DNA of 64,000 nt from Curvularia clavata. Taxonomy: Eukaryota. The notes beneath the pieces were generated by a model. It was not told the origin of the DNA. It saw only the letters and a list, made by a program, of their open reading frames with translations, and searched no databases. Below are positions 1 to 11,560 of this stretch, in pieces (position 1 is the stretch's first letter; each line of letters starts with the position of its first letter). The stretch covers positions 1,550,001-1,614,000 of the forward strand of contig CP089276.1 of assembly GCA_023920165.1 (NCBI GenBank). Reading direction: 5' to 3'. The translations under genes were made by a program, and so were the position numbers.

Positions 1-606
1 CAAAGTCAGGTAGAAGGTAGTCTGTGCCTGTTGTCCGGCAGGAGTTTGTGGAAACTGAACAAGCGGCAAGAGGTTTGATGTGGGATTCGGTGTATTTGGA
101 GTCTGCATTGTGCCAACGTGTGGTATCGAAGTGACCGAATCGTTTGTCGGTTGTGGTACTGAGGAAACGTTGTCGCTGCGTGGGGACTGCGCGTCGTGAT
201 CTTGTACCCTGGGTTCTTGTCCGTCCAGCTCAGGCTGTTCATTCGACTTTGCAGGCTGGGTAGGTGCCAATTCGTCTTCGGAATCCTCTCTGTTTCCTTC
301 ATCTTCACTTCCTTGTTCCGGCTCCTTCTCTACAGCCAATCCAAGCGTGTCTAACAACATTGTCTCTTTCCGACCGACCTGGCGCTTCAGTCTCCGCAAA
401 TGACCTCTATCCACTACCACTCGGTTGGTCTTCATATCGATCTCATCGCTCATGGACTCGTGCATGTTTCCATATTTCTCGAATATCGACTCTAGTCGGC
501 CTTTGAACTTTTGTTGTTGTTTCTGCTTCGCTTTGATGTACTCGACATTCTCTTCGTCCACTTCGACAGACTGCCAGATGCGCATGCACTTTGCTGATGG
601 TTCCAT
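1..606 (-). CDS. SCM3: Centromere histone (Cse4/CENP-A) chaperone Scm3-domain protein, 5' part; runs off the left edge
   Basis: Not in the ORF track because there is no stop inside the window. Manual translation from ATG 606: MEPSAKCMRIWQSVEVDEENVEYIKAKQKQQQKFKGRLESIFEKYGNMHESMSDEIDMKTNRVVVDRGHLRRL. This matches the Scm3 motif (ESIFEKY...DEID...VVD.GHL) and is followed by a disordered acidic/Pro-rich region open to position 1. Confidence 0.85.
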   Translation of the reverse strand, partial: MEPSAKCMRIWQSVEVDEENVEYIKAKQKQQQKFKGRLESIFEKYGNMHESMSDEIDMKTNRVVVDRGHLRRLKRQVGRKETMLLDTLGLAVEKEPEQGSEDEGNREDSEDELAPTQPAKSNEQPELDGQEPRVQDHDAQSPRSDNVSSVPQPTNDSVTSIPHVGTMQTPNTPNPTSNLLPLVQFPQTPAGQQAQTTFYLTL

Positions 607-904
607 GGTGCTGATGGCCCTTTCAGATCCGAGAGAAAGGAGCGCGAACGTCGCGCGAGGGCGACAGAGACGGCGGATTGACGGTGGGTGGGGGTTGTTT
701 GCGACGACTTGCGACAAGCACTAGCCCGACGCGCTGGCAATGATTGGGACGCGACTTCCCCTCGCCCAGCATCTCTGAGCGGCGGCCGGAGGTGCCCCAC
801 CCGCCTGCAGGTGATCTCCAACCCGCCAACCGCCGCAATCGTCATTCGTGACTACGCTTGGATATTCCACTCTCCTACCAGCATGACGGTAGGCCTCTTA
901 TGAG

Positions 905-2558
905 ATGCCCAACGACAAGAAACCAGCAGGTTTGGCCTGCCAGAAGTGCCGAACACCCATAGACATCGATGCTTCCATCGATCAGCTCAATCCGGCTGCC
1001 TTCAAGCTATTGACAGGTACATCCCCTAGCTTCTTCTCAGCTTGGATTATGTTTTAACTGCGACACAGACTCTGTAGTTTCAGGCCAGCTATCTGCCCCA
1101 AAGATCTCTCCAAACCGCCAGTCGCGTCCCCTCAACCCTCCAGAACACCTCAAGACGTATCAAGATGCGATCAAAGATGCAAAGAACCCTACACACAAAC
1201 GCAACATCCAAGGCGCACCGCCGTCACGGAGCTCAAATGGCCCTCAGAATCCTGCCATGTCCTTTGTTGATATTCACATGTCCGAGTCGATGATGGATCC
1301 GCCCTCATCAGAGCAGGTCCGCAGTACCAACGGAAAAACTCAAATGGAAGACAACAGCTCAGATGCGAATAATAAAGCACGGCGGAAAGCTACAGCAAAC
1401 GGTCCAAGTACAGCAGGAGGTGCGAGTCTGGCAGACGGACTAGAGACAACAAATCGCATGTTTGAGATACTCTCCGCACGCTCCGACATCGATCACCCGA
1501 TATGCGTGGAGTGCACCGAGATCCTCATTGAAGGCCTACAGAAGCGACTCGGCGTCGCAACCCGCGAGCGCGACGCATACGTCGACTTCCTGCGCCGCGC
1601 TAACACCGACGTGCCTACCGTCGAAGAAGTCAAAGCCGCAGAGGCCGCCCTCAAAGCGGCCAAGAAGGCCGAGAGCACCGCCATCACGCAGCTCGAGAAC
1701 CTCGAAGCGGAAAAGGCGGAGCTGGACAACCAGATAGCCGCCCTGGAAGCCGAGGCACGCATACTGGACCAAGAGGAAAACGAGTTCTGGAGGAGCCGGA
1801 ATGCCTTCAACACGACACTGACTGAGTTCCAAAATGAGCGTGACGCCCTAGCTATACGGTACGCGCATGATGCACAAGTCCTCAATCAGCTCCAGCGAAG
1901 AAGCGTCTATAACGACACCTTCAACATCACGCACGACAACCACTTCGCCACCATCAACGGCCTGCGCCTCGGCCGACTACCCAATCCCTATGTCGACTGG
2001 CCCGAAATCAACGCTGCGTGGGGCCAAACCTGTCTCCTACTCGCTACGCTAGCAGAACGTCTAAGCTACAAGTTCGACGGCTACGAGCTGTGTCCCATGG
2101 GCTCCACGTCCACCATCACCCGCATAGAATCTAAAGGCGGGGGCTCTGTTGCTGAATCAACATCAAGGCCGCAACAAGCATCTACCGCCACTACGGCGTC
2201 TTCACCGCAGATATCGAAACAGCGCTTAGAGCTATATTCCTCCGGAGACTTTCCCATCAACTTTGGCTTCTTGCACCGCAAGTTCGACGCCGCTATGGTT
2301 GCTTTTCTAGAGTGTCTTAGACAGCTAGGCGAGTTTGTTGAGCACCAGTCTCCGCCAAGTGGTGCTACTGGTGGTGCCAGTGGGGGCGTCAAGATGCCGT
2401 ATGAAATCCGTAAAGATCGCATTCACGACCAGAGTATCAAACTTGCACTTAACAAGGATGAGGGGTGGACAAAGGCTTGCAAGTATACTCTCACGTGTTG
2501 CAAGTACTTGCTCGCGCATGCCAATAACGTCGAGAGTAATGCTATGCGGAGAAGGTGA
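905..2558 (+). CDS. ATG6: Autophagy protein Atg6/Vps30 (Beclin-1 homolog)
   Basis: Exon 1 905-1016 (MPNDKKPAGLACQKCRTP...LNPAAF), intron 1017-1068, exon 2 in frame with ORF 1257..2558. Motifs IDHPICVEC, coiled coil, FATINGLRLGRL, WPEINAAWGQ, WTKACKYTLTCCK. Confidence 0.96.
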
Positions 2559-4908
2559 GGCACGGGGCGAGGTCAGGTTGGGAGAAGGAAGGGGACAAGG
2601 CGGGGCTGGCGGCCGCGGTACGAGTATTCTTGGTTGCTTTTTGTTGTATAGTGGATAAGATACCCCAAATTTTGATTTTACTTATTCTCGCAACGCTTGT
2701 TCTGTGATGGTTGCTTTTCCTGGACAGTATATCCGCCTGTCGTTTTATTGGAAGATGGGAGCCATCTCCAGACATGATGAACCTGACTTGTCAATTGATG
2801 AGGACACAATCCTGCACCTGGTTGCATTGGCAAAGTACCTCAGGTCGTACTGTGACTTGATTATAAATACGCATAGGAGTCTATTTCGTACGACAGTCAT
2901 CCTGTGTCCCACCGTCACATGACGGTGGTGTGAACGTTCTCAGCCCCCCGTAGTAGTGTTACTTGATTAGTCCCTTCATATACAAAGCTGTGTGGAATCA
3001 TAGTGCCAGAGCATGCCATAATATGGGGCGGTTGCGCAAAAGATGAATTCAACGCCGGAGAGCCTCTGTGCGTGGTCAGGTGGTAGTTATATTGCACCAT
3101 TCCGTTGGTATGTGTCGTCAATCCTGCGGGACGATGGATTTTGCCAAATCGATACGGAAACTTCCTTCATAGGGGTCAAATGTCGGCCCACCAAGACACC
3201 CAACACACTGGGATTAGCACACGCCTGTACTGGCAAGAGGTGAGTCGACTCTCTGTATGAGCGCGTCTGCAGCGTGCATTGATTACGTGGACCCGGAATT
3301 GGGGTAAAATCGCCACGCCTGGTCAGTAAGGTCTGGTGCAGCTGGCCAACCGCACCGACCAACGAGCACGGATTGAGGATCCAGCACATCTCGGGATCCG
3401 CCGGCAGAGGACAGCATGCCGCAAGCCGCAAGCCTCGTCAGCCCTGATGCAGCAGCCAAAAGGGGAAAGGCACGATCCTTTCGGTGGTGTTGCGGCTCTC
3501 AACTCAGAAGACAGGGTCAGCTGAGTTGTGCAGCCTTGTGATGCTCAAGGTTAATGTCTAGACGGACGAATAGGCGACACGTGTAGCAGAAAAGAGGCGT
3601 AGTCCGAGACCCTATTGGAAGCCGCAATGTTGTTGCCGTGGCTAGATGGCGGGTCCGGTGGCCGTGCCCAAACCAAATGAGTCTCAAAGACCCGGGATTG
3701 CTAGGGGGTCGAGTTGTTTTGCGGGGTAGCGTAATTCCTTAGCTCATAGAAACCAAGAGGAGGAAGTGACAGTGCTCAGACAGTTGGTGGATGCCGTCAA
3801 GGGGCACCGTCAGTACGGGTAGCCGACCTGCTGTGCGCCTTTGCGTAATGAGCATCCAGCCTGACGTGCCCGTGATTGCATCAGCGGAGTAATCAGAGCC
3901 ATCCGTGCAATCGGAGTCGGCCTATTGAGCACTCGGAAGGATTACGAGGGATCAGTGGGAGTGTGCTTGGTTCAGATGGAAGGCTAAAGTAGTTCCCGTA
4001 TGGGAATTAGTTTATGGTTGTGGAGAAGGTGCATGGCGGGGAAAGTTTTGAAGACGTAAGAAATTACCAAATCCGCCCCAAGTCGACCACGATGGTGAAG
4101 AAGCTAGGCTTCAAGTCATGCAGGCGAGAGCCATGTACGTGTCAAGAGGAGCGAGCGTCCATGCATCGTGAAGATTTTGCATACGGGTGCATCAGGGGGT
4201 TCCGCGAGGCGCTGCGCTGTCAGGAGACGAGAGCAAAGCGAGAGGCTAGCAATGGTCTGGAAGCATTGCAGCCGTCGCAGGGACGAGAAGGGGACAATCA
4301 AGGAAATGCGGTGTAAGTCAATTGCGGTGGTGAATGGACGGACAAAGGGCGTTTGTTCTGGCGAGGAGAAGCGCGGAGAAGCAAGGCATACATGGATGGT
4401 GACGACGAAGGGTGGTGAGATGGTGAGATGGAGGCGACAACAAAGGGCAAACGGCATGCATCGGCAGCCGGTGGCCAACAAGGCGAGCACAGAGGAAGGC
4501 TCGACGCAGGCACGAGGGGGCTCGTCCGAGGATTTTGATGTGTCATGGGCGGTCAGGTGGCCTGCGGATTGAATTTCCTGGGGGTAATCGAAACGCAAAG
4601 GCCCAGGCCACGTGAAGGCAATTTTGTGCTTTGCTTCGCCGCGCCAGCATACCCGACGCGCCAAGCCGCTCTGACGTAAAGCGAACCGGCGCTCTGCATC
4701 ACAAAACTAGATGCCAGTCTGCGTGGCTATTGGCTCGGCTGGCCGCTGCTGCGGAACCATTTGCTCTGCTAGTTCGTATTCATCGTCCGAGTCGTTGGCG
4801 CGGCTGCACAAAGCTGGGGAAGCGCTCACCTTTGACTAACACGGTACCACGGTGCCTGGTGTTTGCTCTCTTGGATAAATCTCTGCTCCTCCGCCAGGGC
4901 GTGGCGAC

Positions 4909-4915
4909 TATAAGA
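4909..4915 (+). promoter_or_regulatory. Putative TATA box of the F-box-like gene
   Basis: TATAAGA about 150 nt upstream of ATG 5061, followed by a C/T-rich leader. Confidence 0.4.
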
Positions 4916-5060
4916 TGGCCTGGCCACCCTCTCACTCTCACCGTACACCACTCTGCCCACCATACTGCAACACTAACCTACCCACAATTAAAGCCGGCCA
5001 TACCACCCTTGTCCTGTGCCATATCAACATCGACTTACCCTACCCGTGCCGGACCATTCA

Positions 5061-6559
5061 ATGAACATCAACGACTTCCCCTACGAAATCCTTTGCCAGA
5101 TCCTCCAAGAGGTTACCAAAGCCAATGTCCGTGAGGGTCCTACCTATACGTTTGGACTCCAGCAAACACCACTGCCACTAGAGAGGGCCAAACTTCAGCG
5201 CTATGTGAGGGGCCCCGTTCCGCCCGAGCTGCTCAAGTGGGACGCAACTGCTACCCTTCGCTCCGTCTGCTGGAAGTGGCACGAGTGGGCTTTGGAACAC
5301 TCGATCAAGGATGTCTACATTCGCCGCTGGAAGGGCGGAGAGGTTAGTGATATTCCGTACAATGACTCACCTGCCACGATACTAACACTACGCAGCGATG
5401 GGCCGAGCTCTCCAACAGGCGAGAAAGCTACCCGCTTTACGAGCTGATTGACCGTCCCACTGGCACAGCCGTTTATCGTGACCCGTTTGCCTCTCTCAAG
5501 CGGAGCGTTAAGATGTGCAACGACTACCCCAACGTGGCTTCCAAGATCAGACGCATGTGGGTGCATGGCTTCTACACGGCTGAGACCGATCGTATGATTT
5601 TCGAGTGTCTGCGAAACTGCTCCAACCTCACTTCACTCTCCATTCCGTGGACGACCATCCGGCACGTGGATGCCAAGGCTTGGCGAGCCATGTTGACGGG
5701 AAGCGGCAAGTCCCTCCAGTCTCTTGAGCTCCAGTGTGTCGATCCTACATCGCAGCAAGCAGCAGACAAGGACAATCTTGTAGACCTAGAGCCTTTGCAG
5801 TCGGTCAACTTTAGCCAGTTGCGGCGCTTGAAGATTTTCGGTGACACGACCTTCATGCCCATTACCGACAATGACCTGTTTGCCATTGCCCGCACGGCCA
5901 CGCAGCTCGAGGAGTTCCACTTGACTTGCAACTCTTCCATCACCATTGACGGCGTCATGGCGATTGTCAAGGCTTCCCGCAAGACACTGCGTGTTCTCGA
6001 GCACAGCCCGCGGTCCCAGGACGGCTTCTGGCACCCTCATCCCGGCTCTCCAAGCGACAGCGAGCATCTCTGCGACACTTTCCGCAACTGCCCCAAGCTA
6101 GAGACGCTGTCCATCTCTCTGCCATCCATGTGCTCCCACCTCTTCTCCAACGAGGAGGCCAAGTTTGCGGGTGACTTGCAGGTTCGTGCCCTGCATATTT
6201 GTGAGCACGAGCACGGGCGCTCTACCCACGAGGCTACCGACGCCCTGCAGAAGCTCCTGGAGCAAGCACGTCGCTTCATTCGACTGCGTGCTGAGAGCGC
6301 CATTCCTCGCGAGCTTTACATTGAGCTTTTCTTCGCCGACTGCATCTTTGAGCCGGGCTTCAAGGCAGTTCATGGCGACTTTTCCCTGGCCCAGATTTCG
6401 TCCGAGGGACACTGGCCGCAAAACGTCGAGTTCAGCGGAAAGGGACCCTACGGCAGCACCGGCCTGTACGGAAAAGAGGAAGAGGCACCGTTCCAGCGCA
6501 TCGACGAGGCCGAGTTCCTGGCTGGCGTCCACAGGAGGCTTCATTCCATTCAGACTTGA
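5061..6559 (+). CDS. F-box-like / leucine-rich-repeat (RNI-like) protein
   Basis: N-terminus INDFPYEILCQIL...LRSVCWKWHEWA is F-box-like with an insertion. Intron 5343-5395 (GTTAGT...CTAAC...CAG) joins it in frame to ORF 5513..6559, which has LRR-like units (CSNLTSLSIP, LQSLELQ, LRRLKI, LEEFHLT, CPKLETLSISL). Confidence 0.75.
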
Positions 6560-7715
6560 GTGTGGATCATTGTACCAAAAAGCGACCGATTTCACTTCAC
6601 CTGTATACTTTTACTACTGTTTTACGATATGACGACCACATGCATGAGCGAGCGGGCTGGAGCCAAGAGATACCAGGCTGAAGCAGCCACATCGGATTCA
6701 TGCATTTGAGCAATTTGACCACCAGGATATGGTTTGTGTCTTTTAAAAAAAAAGCGGCTACCGGAATTTGCATGGGATGGTAGGCATTCTGTTTTTCTTG
6801 TTAGCATGATAGCGTTCACATCTGGATACCATTGTAATCAAAAGAGTTCTATGCACTTGTCGCTCGACCATGCTCTCTATCGGTGCTTGTTCTGTCAAAA
6901 GAGATGGTGTACAAGTATGGTGTAATGGCAGCTATAAAAAGCAACGACGACGTGTCCTTGAAAAATCTGACCACACGGCAGCCTTATTAGAATCTTCGCG
7001 ACAACACCTACCCCTCCTACCTTGGCGATCACAAGCCCCCGCAACGCAAGCTTCCGTTCCGCTCGCTTGCCTCAAAGGGGAAAGGCCCAAGGTACGCAAT
7101 TCCGCTATGCTGACACAACCAACAGTAAGCTCTTACTGTTTCGGCCGTCGCCTGTTCCCTCATCCGGAGCTTACATGAACATAGAGGTGGGCAGGAAGAT
7201 ACAGCTCAGTTTGAACCAATCCGAGCGCGACAACGAGACGTGGATATGATGCGATTCGGGACAATTTCCCCCGCCCGGATTTCGGACCGTTTTGATGCAC
7301 GGAATCGCAGCGATTGCAGATGGTGTAATGTGAGGGCCAGCAGGGCTGGCGATTCTGGCAGCTTTTCAAATCCTTACCAAGCACTCATGTAATCGAGAAA
7401 TCCGCAGAAGAGAAAAAATGGGCCCATGACGCTACTGCACCGGGGATATAAGTGGGGTGCCGCTATACCTGCCTGGGCTAGGTCTGGAGGGGCATGCCAG
7501 TGTCTTTGCAACACTCTGAGCAATCGGCTCGTCTGATAACGGCAAAGTCTAGCTGTGCTGACTAGGCCTCGTCTCTGCCATTGGACCACCTCCAGGTGCA
7601 TGCCGGATTGCACCATGTCATGTAGAGTAGCGAGAGATGGGAATCGGGTCTGGGAGCGTTAGTGGTTACGCTGCCATGTTTTGGCGTGTTGGTGCATGAG
7701 GTCGAGGCTAACAGC

Positions 7716-7722
7716 TATAAGA
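7716..7722 (+). promoter_or_regulatory. Putative TATA box of the quinone oxidoreductase gene
   Basis: TATAAGA about 115 nt upstream of ATG 7832, followed by a pyrimidine-rich leader. Confidence 0.4.
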
Positions 7723-7831
7723 CGCGACGTTTTCCCCTCCCCGATGCTTTCCCACAGTTCCATCCATATCCTCCACGCTCCAGTACAGTTATCTCTCTCT
7801 ATCGTTTTTTTGATACCCCTAGCTGTTCAAG

Positions 7832-8714
7832 ATGGCGCCCAAGATCGCAATTGTCTACTACTCCATGTACGGCCACATCAAGCAACTGGTACGTTGACCT
7901 GGCAAGCTGTCTTGGAGCTCCCCACTAGCTTCAAGGAGAGAGAGAAGAGCTCTACTGACATCAATCCCAGGCCGATGCTGAGCTCAAGGGAATCCAGGAG
8001 GCTGGTGGTGAAGCCAAGCTCTTCCAGTATGTATTCTCCCATGCTCCATATCCCTGACACGATGGTCTTTCCCTGTCTCCTCCACATTCCGAAACACTCC
8101 GATTGCAACCCTTTGCACCCTACGTTCAGATCATGTTCTAACAAGAGACAGGGTTCCCGAGACCCTTCCTCAGGAAGTTCTCGAGAAGATGTACGCCGGA
8201 CCCAAGGCCGCCGATGTCGAGGTTATCGAGGACCCTTCCGTCCTTGAGGCCTACGACGGTGTCCTCTTCGGTATCCCCACACGTTACGGCAACTTCCCTG
8301 CCCAGTTCAAGGCTTTCTGGGACAAGACTGGCAAGCAGTGGTCCCAGGGCGCCTACTGGGGCAAGTACGCTGGTCTCTTCGTCTCCACCGGTACTCAGGG
8401 TGGTGGCCAGGAGAGCACCTGCCTTGCTGCCATGAGCACCCTCGCCCACCACGGCTTCATCTACGTCCCATTGGGCTACAAGACCGTCTTTGGTAAGCTT
8501 CTTCCTATGCTATGACATGCTCCCGGAGACAGTAAACTAACATCGTCCCACAGCCGACCTTGCCAACCTCAACGAGATCCACGGTGGCTCCGCCTGGGGT
8601 GCCGGTACCTTCGCAGGCGCCGACGGCTCCCGCCAGCCCACTGAGCTCGAGCTCCGCGTTGCCACTGCCCAGGGCAAGGCCTTCTACGAGGCCGTTGCCA
8701 AGGCTCACCAGTGA
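7832..8714 (+). CDS. PST2/YCP4: NAD(P)H:quinone oxidoreductase type IV (WrbA/flavodoxin-like; Pst2/Ycp4 family; Alt a 7-like)
   Basis: Exons 7832-7888, 7971-8026, 8152-8492 and 8554-8714. Protein [16 protein letters not shown]...[22 protein letters not shown]...[14 protein letters not shown]...[20 protein letters not shown]...AVAKAHQ*. Confidence 0.97.
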
Positions 8715-8918
8715 CTAGATGATGGTACTTCGGGGGAAAAGAAGGCGGTAGACACTGCCCCTACAACAACCAACGGAACCACAACCGCGGCAGCGACAAA
8801 CAACAATGCTTCTAGCACTCCTGCTGCTGCTGCTACATCGTCATCACAACCTCAGCAAAAAACCGAGAAAGATAAGGAGGGTCCATGTGGCTTGCCGACA
8901 AAGTGCGATATCATGTGA
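8712..8918 (+). other. Putative stop-codon readthrough element (TGA-CTAG) with a 67-codon in-frame extension ending in a CaaX box (CDIM)
   Basis: TGA 8712-8714 is followed by CTAG. The frame stays open to TGA 8916-8918 and encodes LDDGTSGEKKAVDTAPTTTNGTTTAAATNNNASSTPAAAATSSSQPQQKTEKDKEGPCGLPTKCDIM. Confidence 0.78.
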
Positions 8919-9252
8919 TATTCTCACTTTTGTTTGTTGAGCTGCTTGTATACCCTTTCTTAGTATATAAACCCTACGTAAATGATACCAATGTAATGAA
9001 CAATAAGTAAACACACGCTTTCTTTGCTCATGTGCCACACGCTTGTGAAGTTACAAGAACGGCAGAAGAGTCCGTTCACTTAACAGAAAAAGCCCAAGTA
9101 CGCAAGTATAAATATTGATGCATTTATGTGGGGTATATAGCAACAAAATGAGACGTTGCCTAAGTAAGAAAAAAAGAGCCAATAACAAAGATAAAAAGCC
9201 GTCTATATACCCACCCGTGCCAAACTCCATAGAGCCAAACTTATCATTGCAC

Positions 9253-11560
9253 TCAACTACCACCCTCCTTCCCCTTCTCACCATCCTTGCCTCCCTTAGC
9301 ATGCTCACTAATCCACTGATCTACCCACTCCTCAATCCCATCCGCCTTATGCGTCAACCACTCCCACCAACTCTCCTTGCCCTTGCCCTTGCCCTCGCCC
9401 TCGCCCTCGCCCTCGCCCTTGTCTCCCTCATCACTTCCCTTCTTAGGCTCCTCCTCGCCAGCAGGTGCAGAGGGCGGTGTCGGTCGTGCAGGCACCTCAT
9501 CTTCGAGCGTAGACCCCTCGAGACCCGATGCTGAGGCTGCGATGCTGGAGAGGGGGTCGAGAGGGGTTGAGGGCATGGAGGCGAGGTTAGTGGGTAGGAC
9601 AGAGGACGAGGAGGATGAGTACGAGGGAACGGGGTCTTGGGGAATCTCATCAGGTTTTGTGTCTGCGTTGGCGGTATCGCTGTGCAAGCCGATGGGCTTG
9701 AGCGGCAGCCGCAGTGTCCCGTTGTTAGGCGCGGGTTGCAGTTTGATAGAGTCGCAGATGATGTTGTAGAGCTCAATGTTTTCTATCGTTGTTAGCCTAA
9801 CTTCTCCAGCAGAGTTGTGCAGCGTTTTTTTACGTACGAAACGGCGCCATTTGACTACCTGGCTGGTGCGGGAATGCAGGGCCTCTGGCTATGAAGATCG
9901 CGCGCATGAGTGGGTGCTCGTGGTCATAGCCGTGGAGACCACGCGGGTGATACACATTTCCTTCTTTCTTGCCTTTTTCAATGTCGAATTCGTCTTTTGT
10001 GACAATGGCCCAGCCGGTTTTGGGGACGATCCAGAGAGGTGCTATGCGTTCGTTCTTGCTGAAATGGTAGCGCTCGGGCATATCGCCGTCGCGGAGATAC
10101 ACATCTAGATTGGGGTTGTCGGCAGTGCGGTTCTTGAGCTGGTTGTACAGGCGATGCAGTGAGGATGGGTCTTTGGGTCGGAGACCGTAGAGAGGCCAGC
10201 CGTCGGTGTGGGAGAGTTCTGAAGGGTCGATGAGGTCTTCGAGTTGGATCAGGCGGCTAATGTCCGTTGTGGCCATACCATGGTCAGATACAACAACCAC
10301 GTTGACAATACCGGTAAGATTTCGCTCATGGAGGCCTTTGAAAATGTTCCCCATCATAGTGTCAACCCTCGTGATGGTTTCCCGGATCTCTGTGCTGTTG
10401 GGGCCGTATCTGTGGCCGTCGCCATCTACGTCAGGGACGTACGCAGCAATGAGTTGGGGTCGAGGAGTAACCGCACTCGCACCAATGTCTTTGGGACCAG
10501 GCAGATCAAGGAGCCCCAAGATGCGATCTACTTTCCTAGATAGGACTTCTGAACCATTGTACTTGTCAATATAAGCAACCTTCTGATCCAGAATATTGGC
10601 TTCTGAACCTGGCCACATATGTACTGCGGCCCTGACATTCTGCTTCTCTGCCGTCACCCACAGCGGCTCTCCTCCCCACCAGTGCGGCTGCAAGCTCTGC
10701 TTCGGATGCGTGTAGTAAAACTCCTGCTTGAGCTCCGGGTCCCAGAAAGTGTTGGACACAATGCCATGCGCCTCAGGATACAGACCAGTTGCAAGCGTAT
10801 AGTGATTCGGAAAGGTAACACTGGGGAAACTGGGCAGCATGTACTTGGGCGATATACCCTCTTGCACAAACTGGTTAAGCGTGGGCGTAAGATTGCGATA
10901 CAGAAAGTCGGCGCGGAAGCCGTCAAGGGATATCAGGATTGTGGTAGGCGCAAAGAGTGAGGTGCCATTCGACACTAAGACCACGGTGCCCTTGACATCT
11001 TGCGGGGTGGAGAGATTGTATGCGGTCGCTAGGAGGATGACAAAAAGAACGATGACGGATACGTATATGGCTATGCGACGGTACAGACTCTTTCTTTGCG
11101 CCTGTTACGACCGTCAGTTTCCTTCGTGCACACAGGGGCATACCTCACTGACCTTCCTCTGCGATTCAGTCGCAAGCAACCGTTGTTGATTGCTCTCCGA
11201 GTTTCCCGATATGAAACTGGTACTGGAAGCCCCGGTGCCCTCCTCAATGTCATACATGAGCGCGCTTGACTCCTCATCGCCGCCCTTTCGACGCGCTTTC
11301 GACTTCTCCTTGACCCATTTCCCGACCTTGACGCTTGACCCTTTGCGGCCCAAGAAGCCTTTGCCTTCGTGGTCCTGTGTAAGCAGCTTTTCACGCTCGT
11401 CTTCCGAGTCTAGTATATCGTGGTCGTTTTTCGAGAGCTCGCCCGAGGGCCTGCCATCGTAGCTTTCGTCGTCGGAGGTATGCTCGTAGAGCGTGCGTTC
11501 GTCGGTACCCGCGTCGGAGCTTGCGACCCTGTGTAACTCGTCTGGTAACCTTGCAGCCAT
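9253..11560 (-). CDS. NPP1: Ectonucleotide pyrophosphatase/phosphodiesterase (type I phosphodiesterase, type II membrane protein)
   Basis: Introns 11102-11152 and 9783-9837. TM segment IAIYVSVIVLFVILLATAY. Motifs ISLDGFR, PSFPSVTFPNHYTLATGLYP, PDVDGDGHRYGP, VSDHGM, GLHGYD, FQNIELYNIICD. Confidence 0.94.
9375..9421. repeat. Hexanucleotide repeat (CCTTGC)3(CCTCGC)4 inside the NPP1 tail
   Basis: Visible tandem repeat; encodes GEGEGEGEGKGKGK on the minus strand. Confidence 0.9.

Noticed and set aside
8711..8718. GTGACTAG as a micro-intron removing the oxidoreductase stop
   Set aside because: Eight nucleotides is far too short for a spliceosomal intron, has no branch site and would shift the frame.
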